Positions 1 to 9,412 of a DNA stretch of 64,000 nucleotides are shown piece by piece. The DNA lies in contig JAFAVT010000077.1 in assembly GCA_019242275.1 (NCBI GenBank), positions 9,474 to 73,473 of the forward strand, written 5' to 3'. A program made the translations under genes and the position numbers. The notes below the pieces were generated by a model, which did no database searches, had not been told where the DNA came from, and saw nothing but the letters and a program-made list of their open reading frames with translations. This stretch comes from Alphaproteobacteria bacterium (lineage in GTDB: Bacteria > Pseudomonadota > Alphaproteobacteria > Micropepsales > Micropepsaceae). The first letter of the stretch is position 1. Every line of letters begins with the position of its first letter.

Positions 1-1
1 T

Positions 2-277
2 CGCGGCGATCTGATCGCCTTCACCAAGCAGGATGGCGGCAAGTTCGACATCGGCGTCATGCGCCCCGATGGCTCGGGTGAGCGGATGATTTCCACCGGC
101 AGCCATGATGAAGGCCCCACTTGGGCGCCCAATGGGCGGGTCTTAATGTTTACCCGCCAGGGCCGCGGTGCCGAACAGGCGCAGATTTGGGAAGTTGATG
201 TTTTCGGCCGCAACGAGCGCCATGTTGCCAGCCCGGGCAGCGCCTCTGATCCGGCCTGGTCGCCATTGATTCAATAA
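2..277 (+). CDS. tolB: Tol-Pal system protein TolB, C-terminal fragment (5' end outside window)
   Basis: The frame is open from the window edge. Translation [53 protein letters not shown]... looks like TolB C-terminal beta-propeller blades. It is followed by pal and cpoB in canonical order. Confidence 0.85.
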   Translation, partial: RGDLIAFTKQDGGKFDIGVMRPDGSGERMISTGSHDEGPTWAPNGRVLMFTRQGRGAEQAQIWEVDVFGRNERHVASPGSASDPAWSPLIQ

Positions 278-421
278 CTTAAGTAAATCTGGCGTTGCCG
301 CCCAATTGTTGCCAAGGTATTGGCTCTTTTTTGCGATTTGCACGTTCAGATTTCGCTGCACGTTGATTTAACGGTGCCACAGGCTTTGCTTTTTGTTTTG
401 CCTTCAGGAGATTAGCCACCC

Positions 422-979
422 ATGAGAACTATTTCCCGTATCGCCCAGATCGCCAGCGTTTCGGCCCTGCTGTTGGCGGGCGCCTGCACCTCAAAGCCTG
501 AAGCGGTCAACACCGCGCCGCCCCCCGCCCCGCCGCCTCCGGCTGCCGCGCCTGCACCGCTGCCGCCCGCCCCGCCACCGCCCGCGCCCGTGGCGCGTGG
601 GCCGCTGCCGGGCAGCGCCGAAGACTTCCGCGTCAATGTCGGCGACACCGTCCATTTCGACTATGACCAATATGCGGTGAAGGACAATGACAAGGGCACG
701 CTGCAAAAGCAGGCGACCTGGCTCGGCCGTTATCCGCAAGTGCGCGTAACGGTGGAAGGCCATGCCGATGAGCGCGGCACCCGCGAATACAACCTTGCTT
801 TGGGAGCCCGCAGAGCCAATGCCGTGAAGGAATATCTGGTCAGCCTCGGTGTCTCCAACGCTCGGGTGGAAACCATCTCCTACGGCAAGGAGCGGCCGAT
901 CTGCACCGAGTCCAATGAATCCTGCTGGGCCCAGAACCGCCGCGGCGTCACGGTGGTGCTGAACGCGGCCAATTCCTAA
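422..979 (+). CDS. pal: Peptidoglycan-associated lipoprotein Pal (OmpA-like C-terminal domain)
   Basis: 185 aa with a signal peptide ending in a lipobox-like LLAGAC and a long Pro/Ala linker. The OmpA-family motif is present: VTVEGHADERGTREYNLALGARRANAVKEYL. It sits between tolB and cpoB. Confidence 0.93.
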   Translation: MRTISRIAQIASVSALLLAGACTSKPEAVNTAPPPAPPPPAAAPAPLPPAPPPPAPVARGPLPGSAEDFRVNVGDTVHFDYDQYAVKDNDKGTLQKQATWLGRYPQVRVTVEGHADERGTREYNLALGARRANAVKEYLVSLGVSNARVETISYGKERPICTESNESCWAQNRRGVTVVLNAANS

Positions 980-1064
980 AGCGCCTTCAAAGGGCCATTT
1001 CGATTGGTAATGAAAAGGGCGCGGGGTCTTGTCCCCCGCGCCCTTTTCTTCAAAGGTATAGGCC

Positions 1065-2027
1065 ATGAAACGCTATCTGCTTTCCACCGCCGCGCTGCTC
1101 GCTCTTGTCGCCCTGCCGGCCCAGGCCCAGCTTTTTGGTCCCAGCGACGAGGAGAAAGCCGCCGCCAAGGCGCATGAGGACGGTCAGGATGCCGGCATCC
1201 AGCAGAATGCGCGCAGCCTGGAAGACACCAACGCGCGGCTGCGCCAGGCACAGGAGCAGAGCCAAAGCCAGATTCGCGATCTCAATGACCGGGTGCGCAG
1301 CCTCACCGACAGTCTGGCTCGCGCCACCGGCACCAACGAGGAATTGTCCCACCAGATCAGCCTGCTCAATGCCCGCATGGACCAACAGCAAAAGGATTTC
1401 AATTACCGGCTCTGTACCCTTTCGGCGCAAAATCTGGGGGCTGACGCCGGCACTCTCAATTGCGCCGCCGCCGGGGCGGGCGCCGGCCCGGTGCGTCCGG
1501 GCACGCAGGCGCAAGTGGTACCGGGCGCCGCGCTGGCGCCGCTTGGGGATGACAATGTTGGTCCTGGCCGTGCACCCGGCGTTCTGGGCAGCTTGCCGGC
1601 CGCGCCGCCGCCCCGTTTGACTTCCAGAGACGGCGGCAGTGACAGCCGTCAGTTTGACAGCGCCATGAATCTTCTGGCGCGCGCGCAATATCCTGAAGCC
1701 AGTGCCGCCTTCCGCGCCTATGCCGACACCCATCCCGATGACGACAAGCTTTCGCCCCAGGCGCTTTACTGGGTGGGTAGTATTGCCATGATGAGCCAGG
1801 ACAATGCCGCCGCCGCCCGCGCCTTTGCCGAGGACCTCAAGAAATATCCCAAATCTTCCCGCGCCGGCGATGCCATGCTGAAGATGGGCCAGGCCCTGGT
1901 GGCCCAGGGCCAGACCTCCAATGGCTGCACCGCCTTCCGCGCCGTGACCAGGAAGCAGTATCCCGATGCCTCGCCCTCGACCATTGACGCCGCCCTCGCC
2001 GCGCGCAAGGCAAACAACTGCCGCTGA
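1065..2027 (+). CDS. cpoB: Cell division coordinator CpoB/YbgF (coiled-coil plus TPR)
   Basis: 320 aa with a signal peptide (ALVALPAQAQ), a Gln/Leu-rich coiled-coil N-terminal half and a TPR-like C-terminal half (QFDSAMNLLARAQYPEA...ALYWVGS...MLKMGQAL). It occupies the last position of the tol-pal cluster. Confidence 0.85.
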   Translation: MKRYLLSTAALLALVALPAQAQLFGPSDEEKAAAKAHEDGQDAGIQQNARSLEDTNARLRQAQEQSQSQIRDLNDRVRSLTDSLARATGTNEELSHQISLLNARMDQQQKDFNYRLCTLSAQNLGADAGTLNCAAAGAGAGPVRPGTQAQVVPGAALAPLGDDNVGPGRAPGVLGSLPAAPPPRLTSRDGGSDSRQFDSAMNLLARAQYPEASAAFRAYADTHPDDDKLSPQALYWVGSIAMMSQDNAAAARAFAEDLKKYPKSSRAGDAMLKMGQALVAQGQTSNGCTAFRAVTRKQYPDASPSTIDAALAARKANNCR

Positions 2028-2036
2028 CCAGCGCGG

Positions 2037-2095
2037 TAGCCGCGAGGCGGACCGCGCCATTAAAAATGGCGTTAGCCGCGAGGCGGACCGCGCCA
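2037..2095. repeat. Two 23-bp perfect direct repeats (tagccgcgaggcggaccgcgcca) separated by 13 bp
   Basis: Read directly: copies at 2037-2059 and 2073-2095, with spacer ttaaaaatggcgt. It lies in the cpoB-tilS intergenic region. Confidence 0.9.
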
Positions 2096-2121
2096 CCATA
2101 GAGCAGCGCTTCGCCGCGGTA

Positions 2122-3132
2122 ATGGAGGAGTTCGCCGCCGGCGGCGCCTGGCCCGGTGCCGTGGCGCTGTCGGGCGGCGGCGATTCCGTCGGCTTGCTGC
2201 ATCTGATCGTCCGCTGGGCGAAGAAGACAAAAAAAACCGCGCCCCTCGCACTGGTGGTGGATCATGGTTTGCGACCCGAGGCAGCGCGCGAAGCGCGCGG
2301 CGTGGTCAAGGCTGCCCAGGCAATGGGCCTTGAGGCCGTGCTGCTGCGCTGGCACGCGCCCTCGACCAGCGGAGTCGAAGCGGCGGCGCGCCAGGCGCGG
2401 TATCGGCTGATGGGCGAGGCCCTCGCAAAGAAAAAGCTCACCACCCTTTATGTTGGGCATACGGAAGATGACCAGGCCGAAACTTTTCTGCTGCGTCTGG
2501 CCCGCGGCAGCGGTCTTGATGGGCTTTCGGCCATGCGGGCGCTGGCGCCCTGGCCGGTACCGGGCTTTGCCCATCTCACAGTCGCGCGCCCGCTTCTGGG
2601 ATTTCGCCGGGAGGAGTTGCGCGGCTGGCTGACGGCCAGAAAGCTGAACTGGCTGGAAGATCCGATGAACGCAGACCCGCGCTTTGCCCGTGTGAAGATT
2701 CGCGCCTTGGCGCCGGCGCTGGCCGAGGCGGGGCTCAGCAGCGGCCGTATTGCCTTGGCGGCCCGTCACATGGCAGCGGCCCGCGAGGCGTTGGAGCTGG
2801 TGACGGCGGCGGTACTGGAACGGGCCGTGCGTCCCACGCCGCAGGATTGCCCTCAGCCCGGCCTGTTGCTGGACCCGGCCGCCTTGGCTGCGGCGCCCCG
2901 CGAACTTTCCTTGCGGGCCTTGGCGGCGCTGCTGCAACTGGTGTCGGGCACCTCCTATCGCCCCCGTTTTGCCGCTTTGGAGCGGCTGCATGGCCAGCTT
3001 GTCGCCGGTCATTTCAGGGGCGCCACCTTGTCGGGCTGTGCCTTCCGGCCGGCCCCTGCCAATGAGCGGCTTTTCGGGCCCGCCACCCTGAAACTGACCC
3101 CCGAAAAGAGGCGTTGGAAAGGTTCCGTTTAG
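2122..3132 (+). CDS. tilS: tRNA(Ile)-lysidine synthase TilS
   Basis: PP-loop motif VALSGGGDS close to the N-terminus, then GHTEDDQAETFLLRLARGSG. The start was set at ATG 2122. The ORF is open back to 1966, but that stretch overlaps cpoB. Confidence 0.88.
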   Translation: MEEFAAGGAWPGAVALSGGGDSVGLLHLIVRWAKKTKKTAPLALVVDHGLRPEAAREARGVVKAAQAMGLEAVLLRWHAPSTSGVEAAARQARYRLMGEALAKKKLTTLYVGHTEDDQAETFLLRLARGSGLDGLSAMRALAPWPVPGFAHLTVARPLLGFRREELRGWLTARKLNWLEDPMNADPRFARVKIRALAPALAEAGLSSGRIALAARHMAAAREALELVTAAVLERAVRPTPQDCPQPGLLLDPAALAAAPRELSLRALAALLQLVSGTSYRPRFAALERLHGQLVAGHFRGATLSGCAFRPAPANERLFGPATLKLTPEKRRWKGSV

Positions 3133-3298
3133 GCTGACTTGGTTTGGCCCCAAAAGGTTGATAGGGCAGGGCAAAGGGCTTAACGTTTTTCTGGCTGGTA
3201 ACAGGCTAGAAACGCCCTATCTAACGAAAGGGCGGGCAAGCCCCGGCTATGGCGCCTGAAACGGCGGCCGCTGAAAGGCCAGTGAAAGGTAAAGTTCC

Positions 3299-5233
3299 TT
3301 GAACAATCTCAAGAATCTCGCCCTCTGGATCATCATCGCCGTGCTTTTGGTGGTGCTCTTCAATGTCTTTTCCAGCACCGGCACGCGGCCCCAGAACGGT
3401 CCCATCTCCTATACCCGCTTCACCGAGCAGGTGGTTGCCGGCCAGGTGAAGAATGTCACCTTCCAGGGCGACACCGCCCATGGCGAGCTCACCAATGGCC
3501 AGCAATTCACCACCATCGTGCCGGCCAATGACCCGTCGCTGTGGCCGACGCTGAAATCGCACAATGTGGATTCCAAGGTGGTGCCGCCGGACGAGGGCAT
3601 GTCCACTTTCGCCAGCATTGCCGTCAACGCCATTCCCATCCTGCTGATGGTGGGCTTCTGGATCTTCATCATGCGCCAGATGCAGTCGGGCGGCGGCAAG
3701 GCCATGGGCTTTGGCAAGTCGCGCGCCAAGCTCCTGACCGAGCGTCAGGGCCGCGTCACCTTTGAAGATGTTGCCGGGGTGGACGAAGCCAAGGATGACC
3801 TGAAAGAGATTGTGGAGTTTTTGCGCGACCCGCAGAAATTCCAGCGCCTGGGCGGACGCATTCCCAAGGGCGTGCTCCTGGTGGGCCCGCCCGGCACCGG
3901 CAAGACGCTTTTGGCACGCGCCATCGCCGGCGAAGCCAATGTGCCTTTCTTCACCATTTCGGGTTCGGATTTCGTCGAGATGTTCGTGGGCGTAGGTGCC
4001 TCCCGCGTGCGCGACATGTTCGAGCAGGCCAAGAAGAACAGTCCCTGCATCGTCTTCATTGATGAGATTGATGCGGTCGGGCGCCATCGCGGCGCCGGCC
4101 TGGGCGGCGGCAATGACGAGCGCGAGCAGACCCTCAACCAGTTGCTGGTGGAGATGGACGGCTTTGAGGCCAATGAATCCGTCATCCTGATTGCCGCCAC
4201 CAACCGACCCGATGTGCTGGACCCCGCCTTGCTGCGCCCCGGCCGCTTTGACCGCCAGATCGTGGTGCCCAATCCTGACCTGGCCGGCCGTGAGAAGATT
4301 CTGCGCGTGCATTTGCGCAAAGTCCCGCTGGCGCCGGACGTGGATCCCCGCACCATCGCCCGTGGCACACCGGGCTTTTCAGGCGCCGATCTCGCCAATC
4401 TGGTGAATGAAGGCGCGCTGCTGGCCGCCCGCCGCGGCAAGCGCGTGGTGGGAATGGCCGAACTGGAAGATGCCAAGGACAAGGTGATGATGGGCGCCGA
4501 GCGCCGCTCCATGGCCATGACCGACGAGGAAAAGAAACTGACCGCCTATCACGAGGCCGGTCATGCCCTGGTCGGCATGTATGTCCCCCAGCATGACCCC
4601 CTGCACAAGGTGACGATCATCCCCCGCGGCCGCGCCCTGGGCCTGACCATGAACTTGCCGGAGCAGGACAAGCTCTCTTACACGCGCCAATATTGCGTCT
4701 CAAAGATTGCGTCCATGTTCGGCGGTCGCGAAGCCGAAGTGCTGGTGTTCGGGCCGGAGAATGTCACCAACGGCGCCACGTCCGACATCCAGCAGGCCAC
4801 GCGCATGGCGCGCGCCATGATCATGGAATGGGGCATGAGCGAGAAGCTGGGCCGTGTCCGCTACCGCGCCAATGAGCAGGAAGTCTTTCTTGGCCATTCG
4901 GTGGCCCAGTCCAACAACATGTCGGAAGAGACCGCCCAGTTGATTGACGAGGAAGTGCGCACCCTGATCGAGAATGGCGAAATGACCGCCCGCACCATCC
5001 TCACCGAGCGGCGCGACCAGCTTGATATGGTGGCCAAAGGCCTTCTGGAATACGAAACCCTGTCGGGTGATGAAGTGGCGAACCTGCTCAAGGGCATTCC
5101 GCCCATCCGGACTCCTTACGAAGAGCCGGGCAGCACGCCCAAACCGGAAGGCCCGTCGGTCCCTGCCGTCGGCAAGCCGCGGCCATCCGCCGGTCCCGGC
5201 CCCATCATCGCGCCCGAGCCACAGCCGCGGTAA
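3299..5233 (+). CDS. ftsH: ATP-dependent zinc metalloprotease FtsH
   Basis: 644 aa with two N-terminal TM segments. Motifs: Walker A GPPGTGKT, Walker [13 protein letters not shown] second region of homology, and Zn motif HEAGHA. The start appears to be TTG. Confidence 0.97.
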   Translation: MNNLKNLALWIIIAVLLVVLFNVFSSTGTRPQNGPISYTRFTEQVVAGQVKNVTFQGDTAHGELTNGQQFTTIVPANDPSLWPTLKSHNVDSKVVPPDEGMSTFASIAVNAIPILLMVGFWIFIMRQMQSGGGKAMGFGKSRAKLLTERQGRVTFEDVAGVDEAKDDLKEIVEFLRDPQKFQRLGGRIPKGVLLVGPPGTGKTLLARAIAGEANVPFFTISGSDFVEMFVGVGASRVRDMFEQAKKNSPCIVFIDEIDAVGRHRGAGLGGGNDEREQTLNQLLVEMDGFEANESVILIAATNRPDVLDPALLRPGRFDRQIVVPNPDLAGREKILRVHLRKVPLAPDVDPRTIARGTPGFSGADLANLVNEGALLAARRGKRVVGMAELEDAKDKVMMGAERRSMAMTDEEKKLTAYHEAGHALVGMYVPQHDPLHKVTIIPRGRALGLTMNLPEQDKLSYTRQYCVSKIASMFGGREAEVLVFGPENVTNGATSDIQQATRMARAMIMEWGMSEKLGRVRYRANEQEVFLGHSVAQSNNMSEETAQLIDEEVRTLIENGEMTARTILTERRDQLDMVAKGLLEYETLSGDEVANLLKGIPPIRTPYEEPGSTPKPEGPSVPAVGKPRPSAGPGPIIAPEPQPR

Positions 5234-5244
5234 ATTGGTCCCTT

Positions 5245-5470
5245 CAACCCTCCCCTTGAGGGAGGGTCGAAAAATTTTTGAGCGCAGCGAGAGAATTTTT
5301 CAGGGAGGGGTCCGCTGCGCAGCAGCGGTGTGATCGGCTTACGAAATCCGCTTCGCGGATTTCGACCCCTCCCCAAAAACGTCTTCGCTTCGCTCGTCGT
5401 TTTTGACCCTCCCGCAAGGGGAGGGTGGTTTATCACCCAAACTCACCATGGGCGGGCTTGACCCGCCCGT
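5245..5470. repeat. Dense cluster of GC-rich hairpins / inverted composite repeat (CCCTCCC...GGGAGGG type)
   Basis: Read directly. Hairpins: ccctcccCTTGAgggaggg (about 5248-5268), cgctgcgcagcagcg, gaaatccgCTTCgcggatttc, ccctcccGCAAGgggaggg (about 5408-5427) and gggcgggCTTGACccgccc. Two roughly 50-nt units (GGGAGGGTC-A5..GAGCG..AGCGA..T5-GGGAGGGGTC) are present in opposite orientation. Related hairpins occur at 35229-35265 and 23358-23424. Confidence 0.8.
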
Positions 5471-5497
5471 CCAGGGCCGCTTGGTATAGCGTCTCTT

Positions 5498-5968
5498 ATG
5501 GGGGAGCCGGTGGACAAGCCTTTCCAGCGCGTTGGTGCGATAAGCAACGCACACGCCGGCGCAGACTTTGAGTCTGTAGCGCGAGACTTTTTCCTAAAGA
5601 AAGAAAGTCTCACGCTCTCCTCGAATTTTGATGTTTTGCTTGGTGCTCGTAATCACAAAAAGCACCGCAGGTTTGATCTTGGATGTGACGGAGATAAACC
5701 CACACTGATTGAGTGCAAATCCCACAAATGGACCGCGGAGAATAACATTCCTAGTGCCAAAATCACTGTGTGGAATGAGTCAATGTACTATTTCCATTTC
5801 GCCCCCAGTGCATATCGGAAAATCCTGTTTGTTCTCAAAGATTCTCGCGCGCGCGGAGGTGAAAGCCTCGCTGCTTATTACATAAGGAATTACGGGCATC
5901 TCATTCCGCATTCGGTGGAGATTTGGGAATACGATGTATTGGCTGGTGACGCGGTCAGAATCCACTAG
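5498..5968 (+). CDS. Hypothetical protein, PD-(D/E)XK nuclease-like (orphan, low GC)
   Basis: 156 aa with the motif string GADFESVARDFF...RRFDLGCDGDKPTLIECKSHKW, which fits E...D...ExK. It is markedly AT-richer than its neighbours: hand count 24/60 GC at 5581-5640 versus 40/60 at 6001-6060. The stop codon lies 3 nt before the folP ATG. Confidence 0.6.
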   Translation: MGEPVDKPFQRVGAISNAHAGADFESVARDFFLKKESLTLSSNFDVLLGARNHKKHRRFDLGCDGDKPTLIECKSHKWTAENNIPSAKITVWNESMYYFHFAPSAYRKILFVLKDSRARGGESLAAYYIRNYGHLIPHSVEIWEYDVLAGDAVRIH

Positions 5969-5971
5969 CCC

Positions 5972-6766
5972 ATGAAACTCCTCGGCATCCTCAACATTAC
6001 CGAAGACTCGTTTTCCGACGGCGGGAGGTTTCTCGATCCCGCTGCCGCCATCGCGCAGGCAGAAAAGCTGATGGCGGACGGCGCCGATGCGATTGATATC
6101 GGCGCGGCGTCATCCAATCCAGAAGCGAAGCCGGTGCCGCCGGAAACCGAGATCATGCGCCTTGCCGCGGTGCTGCCGGTGCTGAAGGCAAAAAACATCC
6201 CTGTTTCCATAGACAGTTTTTCGCCCACGGTGCAGCGCTTCGCGCTGGCGCAGCGGGTGGACTATCTCAACGACATTCACGGCTTTCCTGACGCCGCGCT
6301 TTATCCCGCCCTGGCGGCGTCCGACTGCAAACTGATCGTGATGCACATGGTGCAGGAGCGCGGTGTGGCGGTTCGCACCGAAATTCCGCCATGCGAAATT
6401 TTCACCCGCGTCACCCAATTCTTCGACGCTCGCCTCAAAGCGCTCATCGCTGCCGGCACTGCCCGCGAACGGCTGATCCTCGATCCCGGCATGGGTCAGT
6501 TTGTCGGCGCCGATCCGGAAAATTCCCTCATCCTTTTGCGCCGCCTGCCCGAACTGAAGGCCCGCTATGGCCCCATCCTGATTTCGGTCTCGCGCAAGGG
6601 TTTCCTGCGCAAACTCACCGGCCAGCCGCTTGACCGCATCGGTCCCGCCACCCTGGCGGCCGAACTGTTCGCCGCGGCCCAAGGTGCCGACATCATTCGC
6701 ACCCACGACCCCGCCGCCCTTCGCGACGGTCTTAAAGTGCTGGAAAAGTTGAAAGAACCTCGTTAA
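5972..6766 (+). CDS. folP: Dihydropteroate synthase
   Basis: 264 aa. N-terminus [18 protein letters not shown], then [17 protein letters not shown] and IIRTHD are typical DHPS motifs. The ftsH-folP-glmM neighbourhood is conserved. Confidence 0.95.
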   Translation: MKLLGILNITEDSFSDGGRFLDPAAAIAQAEKLMADGADAIDIGAASSNPEAKPVPPETEIMRLAAVLPVLKAKNIPVSIDSFSPTVQRFALAQRVDYLNDIHGFPDAALYPALAASDCKLIVMHMVQERGVAVRTEIPPCEIFTRVTQFFDARLKALIAAGTARERLILDPGMGQFVGADPENSLILLRRLPELKARYGPILISVSRKGFLRKLTGQPLDRIGPATLAAELFAAAQGADIIRTHDPAALRDGLKVLEKLKEPR

Positions 6767-6821
6767 CCAGCCGCAACTCTGTTGTGCTAAAATCCCGGCC
6801 CGCGCTTCCCCAGGACTTTCC

Positions 6822-8168
6822 ATGACCCGCAAATATTTCGGCACCGACGGCATCCGCGGCCGCACCAACTCTTCCGCCCTGACGCCGGAAGTGGCGTTGA
6901 AGGCCGGCATGGCGGCCGGCCGCATCTTCACCCGCGGCGAGCACCGCCACCGGGTGGTGATCGGCAAGGATACCCGCCTCTCCGGCTACATGATCGAAAG
7001 CGCCCTGGTCAGCGGCTTTACCGCCACCGGCATGGATGTGTTTCTCTTTGGGCCGCTGCCGACCCCGGCCGTCGCCATGCTCACGCGCTCGCTGCGGGCC
7101 GATTTGGGGGTGATGATCACCGCCTCGCACAATCCCTTCTCCGACAACGGCATCAAGTTCTTCGGCCCGGATGGCCAGAAGCTTTCCGACGCGGTCGAGC
7201 TTGAAATCGAAAAGCTGATGGATGGCGGCCTGGGCGAAGGCCTGGCGCAAGGAGCCGGCATCGGCCGCGCCAAGCGCATTGATGATGCCCAGGCGCGCTA
7301 CATCGAATTCGCCAAGCGCAGCATCCCGCGCAATGTTCGGCTTGATGGCCTGCGCATCGTGATAGATTGCGCCAATGGCGCCGCCTACAAGGTGGCGCCG
7401 GAAGTGCTGTGGGAACTGGGCGCCGATATCGTGGCCATCGGCACCGCGCCCGACGGTCTCAATGTCAATCTCGATTGCGGCTCCACCGCGCCCCAGGCGA
7501 TGTGCGCCAAGGTGCGCGAGGTTAGGGCCGATTTCGGCATTGCCCTGGATGGCGATGCCGACCGGGTGGTGATGGCCGATGAAAAGGGCAATATCATTGA
7601 CGGCGACCAGATCCTGGCCCTGATCGCCAAAAGCTGGTCCGCCTCCGGCAAGCTGAAGGGCGGCGGCCTGGTCGGAACCGTGATGTCGAATGCCGGCTTA
7701 GACCATTATCTGCAAAGCCTGAACCTGAAACTGGCGCGCTCGGCGGTGGGCGACCGCTATGTGTTGGAAGAAATGGTGAAGGGCGGCTTCAATGTCGGCG
7801 GCGAACAGTCCGGCCACATCATTCTTTCTGATGTTTCCACCACCGGCGACGGGCTGGTGGCGGCGCTGCAGGTGCTGGCGGTGCTGGCCGAAGGCCGCAA
7901 GCCTGCCAGCGAGGCGGCGCATCTGTTCAATCCCTTGCCGCAGGTGCTGGAGAATGTGCGCTTCAAGAAGGGCATGCCGCTGGAGGATGCCAAGGTGAAA
8001 TCCTCTATCGCCGCGGCCAACGAAAAGCTGGGTGCGGCCGGCCGCATCCTGGTGCGCAAATCCGGCACCGAACCCTTGATCCGCGTCATGGCCGAAGGCG
8101 TGGACGAAAAGCTGGTGCGGGCCGTGGTGCGCGACATCGCCCAGGCAATCGAGGAAGCGGCCGCTTAA
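6822..8168 (+). CDS. glmM: Phosphoglucosamine mutase
   Basis: 448 aa starting [13 protein letters not shown]. Active-site loop [15 protein letters not shown], metal loop ALDGDADR, and GEQSGH are all present. Confidence 0.97.
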   Translation: MTRKYFGTDGIRGRTNSSALTPEVALKAGMAAGRIFTRGEHRHRVVIGKDTRLSGYMIESALVSGFTATGMDVFLFGPLPTPAVAMLTRSLRADLGVMITASHNPFSDNGIKFFGPDGQKLSDAVELEIEKLMDGGLGEGLAQGAGIGRAKRIDDAQARYIEFAKRSIPRNVRLDGLRIVIDCANGAAYKVAPEVLWELGADIVAIGTAPDGLNVNLDCGSTAPQAMCAKVREVRADFGIALDGDADRVVMADEKGNIIDGDQILALIAKSWSASGKLKGGGLVGTVMSNAGLDHYLQSLNLKLARSAVGDRYVLEEMVKGGFNVGGEQSGHIILSDVSTTGDGLVAALQVLAVLAEGRKPASEAAHLFNPLPQVLENVRFKKGMPLEDAKVKSSIAAANEKLGAAGRILVRKSGTEPLIRVMAEGVDEKLVRAVVRDIAQAIEEAAA

Positions 8169-8179
8169 AAGCCGCTGCC

Positions 8180-8252
8180 GCTCATCCTTCGACAAGCTCA
8201 GGATGAGGAGTTTATATTCATCCTCACCTTGAGCCCGTCGAAGGGTGAGGAG
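8180..8252 (+). repeat. Dispersed palindromic repeat family A, full two-hairpin copy
   Basis: Sequence cctcatccttcgacaagctcaggatgagg - AT-rich spacer - tcctcaccttgagcccgtcgaagggtgagg. It is about 85 percent identical by eye to the copy at 9413-9484 in the same orientation. It overlaps the GTG 8245 start option of thiD. Confidence 0.85.
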
Positions 8253-9054
8253 TTACGCCTTGAATTCACCGATCCCCCGCCTGCTGGTCATCGCCGGTTC
8301 CGATCCCTCGGCGGGCGCGGGGCTGCAAGCCGATCTCAAGACCGCGCAGCATTTCGCCGTCTATGCCCAAACGGTGGCGACGGCAATCACCGTCCAGAAC
8401 ACGCTTGGCGTGACCGGCGTGCATCCGGCGCCGGCTGATCTGGTGCGCGCCCAGATCGCGGCAGCCCTGTCAGACATTGGCGCCGATGCCATCAAGATCG
8501 GCATGCTGGGCAATGGCGAGATCGCGGCCGCCGTGGCCGAAGCCCTGGAAGGTCTTTCGATCCCACTTGTCCTGGACACGGTGCTGGTTTCCACCAGCGG
8601 TGCGCCCCTGCTGGATGAAGATGGCCTGCGCATCCTCAAATACCGGCTCTTGCCGATGGCGGCACTGGTGACGCCCAATGCCGATGAGGCTGAGGCTCTG
8701 GTGAGTATCCGTCCCCGCAGCGATCATTCCATCCGCAACGCCGCCCAGGCCTTTTCAGCCCTGACCGGCGCTCCCATCCTGTTCAAGGGCGGCCATGGCG
8801 GCTCGGACGAAACCGTGCGCGACACGCTGGCGGCGAACGGCAAGCTGACCGTTTTTGAATCGCCCCGGCAGGAAGTCGCGCATCTGCACGGCACCGGCTG
8901 CACCCTGGCCACCGCCATTGCCTGCGGCCTGGCGCACGGCAAGGGGCTGAAAGAGGCGGTGGGCGAAGCCCATGCCTATGTGCAAGCCGCGATCCGCACC
9001 GCGCCGCGGTTGGGACGGGGAAGCGGGCCGCTCAATCACGCCGTCAAAAGCTGA
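8245..9054 (+). CDS. thiD: Hydroxymethylpyrimidine/phosphomethylpyrimidine kinase ThiD
   Basis: Motifs RLLVIAGSDPSAGAGLQADLKT and HLHGTGCTLATAIA match the ThiD/PfkB family. The start is uncertain. GTG 8245 lies inside the repeat arm, while TTG 8260 has a GAGGAG Shine-Dalgarno 7 nt upstream and may be the real start. Confidence 0.9.
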   Translation: MRSYALNSPIPRLLVIAGSDPSAGAGLQADLKTAQHFAVYAQTVATAITVQNTLGVTGVHPAPADLVRAQIAAALSDIGADAIKIGMLGNGEIAAAVAEALEGLSIPLVLDTVLVSTSGAPLLDEDGLRILKYRLLPMAALVTPNADEAEALVSIRPRSDHSIRNAAQAFSALTGAPILFKGGHGGSDETVRDTLAANGKLTVFESPRQEVAHLHGTGCTLATAIACGLAHGKGLKEAVGEAHAYVQAAIRTAPRLGRGSGPLNHAVKS

Positions 9055-9123
9055 CACACGTTCCTGCGCATGGCGCGGAACCTTGCCCCGGCGCCGGCGT
9101 TGGCGGCAGGAAAGGTCACGCCC

Positions 9124-9375
9124 ATGTCGCATCTGTTCGAGCCGGACGAAACTGTCCCGATCCTGAAACTGCTGGAGCGCTGGTCCGGCGAGGAAAACAC
9201 CTATGCCGTGGGAGCAGAGCCGATCAACACCCATACCTGGCACATCAACCAGGTGATCTTGGGCCCGGAATGCCGCACCTTGGCGGAGCTGGAACAAGTG
9301 GCGGCGAAGATACGGGCCGATCTGGACCGCATGCTGGCGGAAGCAAAAATACGGATCAACGTCAGTCAGGCCTGA
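9124..9375 (+). CDS. Hypothetical small protein (83 aa)
   Basis: ORF MSHLFEPDETVPILKLLERWSGEENTYAVGAEPINTHTWHINQVILGPECRTLAELEQVAAKIRADLDRMLAEAKIRINVSQA. I recognise no motif. The ORF is open back to 9070. Codon usage looks native. Confidence 0.45.
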   Translation: MSHLFEPDETVPILKLLERWSGEENTYAVGAEPINTHTWHINQVILGPECRTLAELEQVAAKIRADLDRMLAEAKIRINVSQA

Positions 9376-9412
9376 CGGCAATTCCCAGACATTTGCGCTA
9401 GGTGGATCGTTG

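Noticed and set aside
1050-3174. Long minus-strand ORFs (349 aa at 1050-2099 and 445 aa at 1837-3174) opposite cpoB and tilS
   Set aside because: They are antisense to genes with clear family motifs. Their translations are Arg/Gly/Ala/Pro-rich with no motif, as expected for stop-poor antisense frames in high-GC DNA.
5022-5554. Small ORFs (103, 106 and 71 aa) inside the hairpin cluster after ftsH, and similar ORFs seeded by repeat family A (8229-8438, 9479-9814, 61276-61554)
   Set aside because: Their reading frames run through palindromic repeats, giving peptides such as PLREGRKIFERSE, LSLSKHEG and MVRLSNH. These are classic spurious ORFs generated by REP-like elements.
8170-8260. TPP riboswitch upstream of thiD
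   Set aside because: The short spacer is fully occupied by the family-A repeat, and I see no CUGAGA / ACCUGA-type THI-box core.
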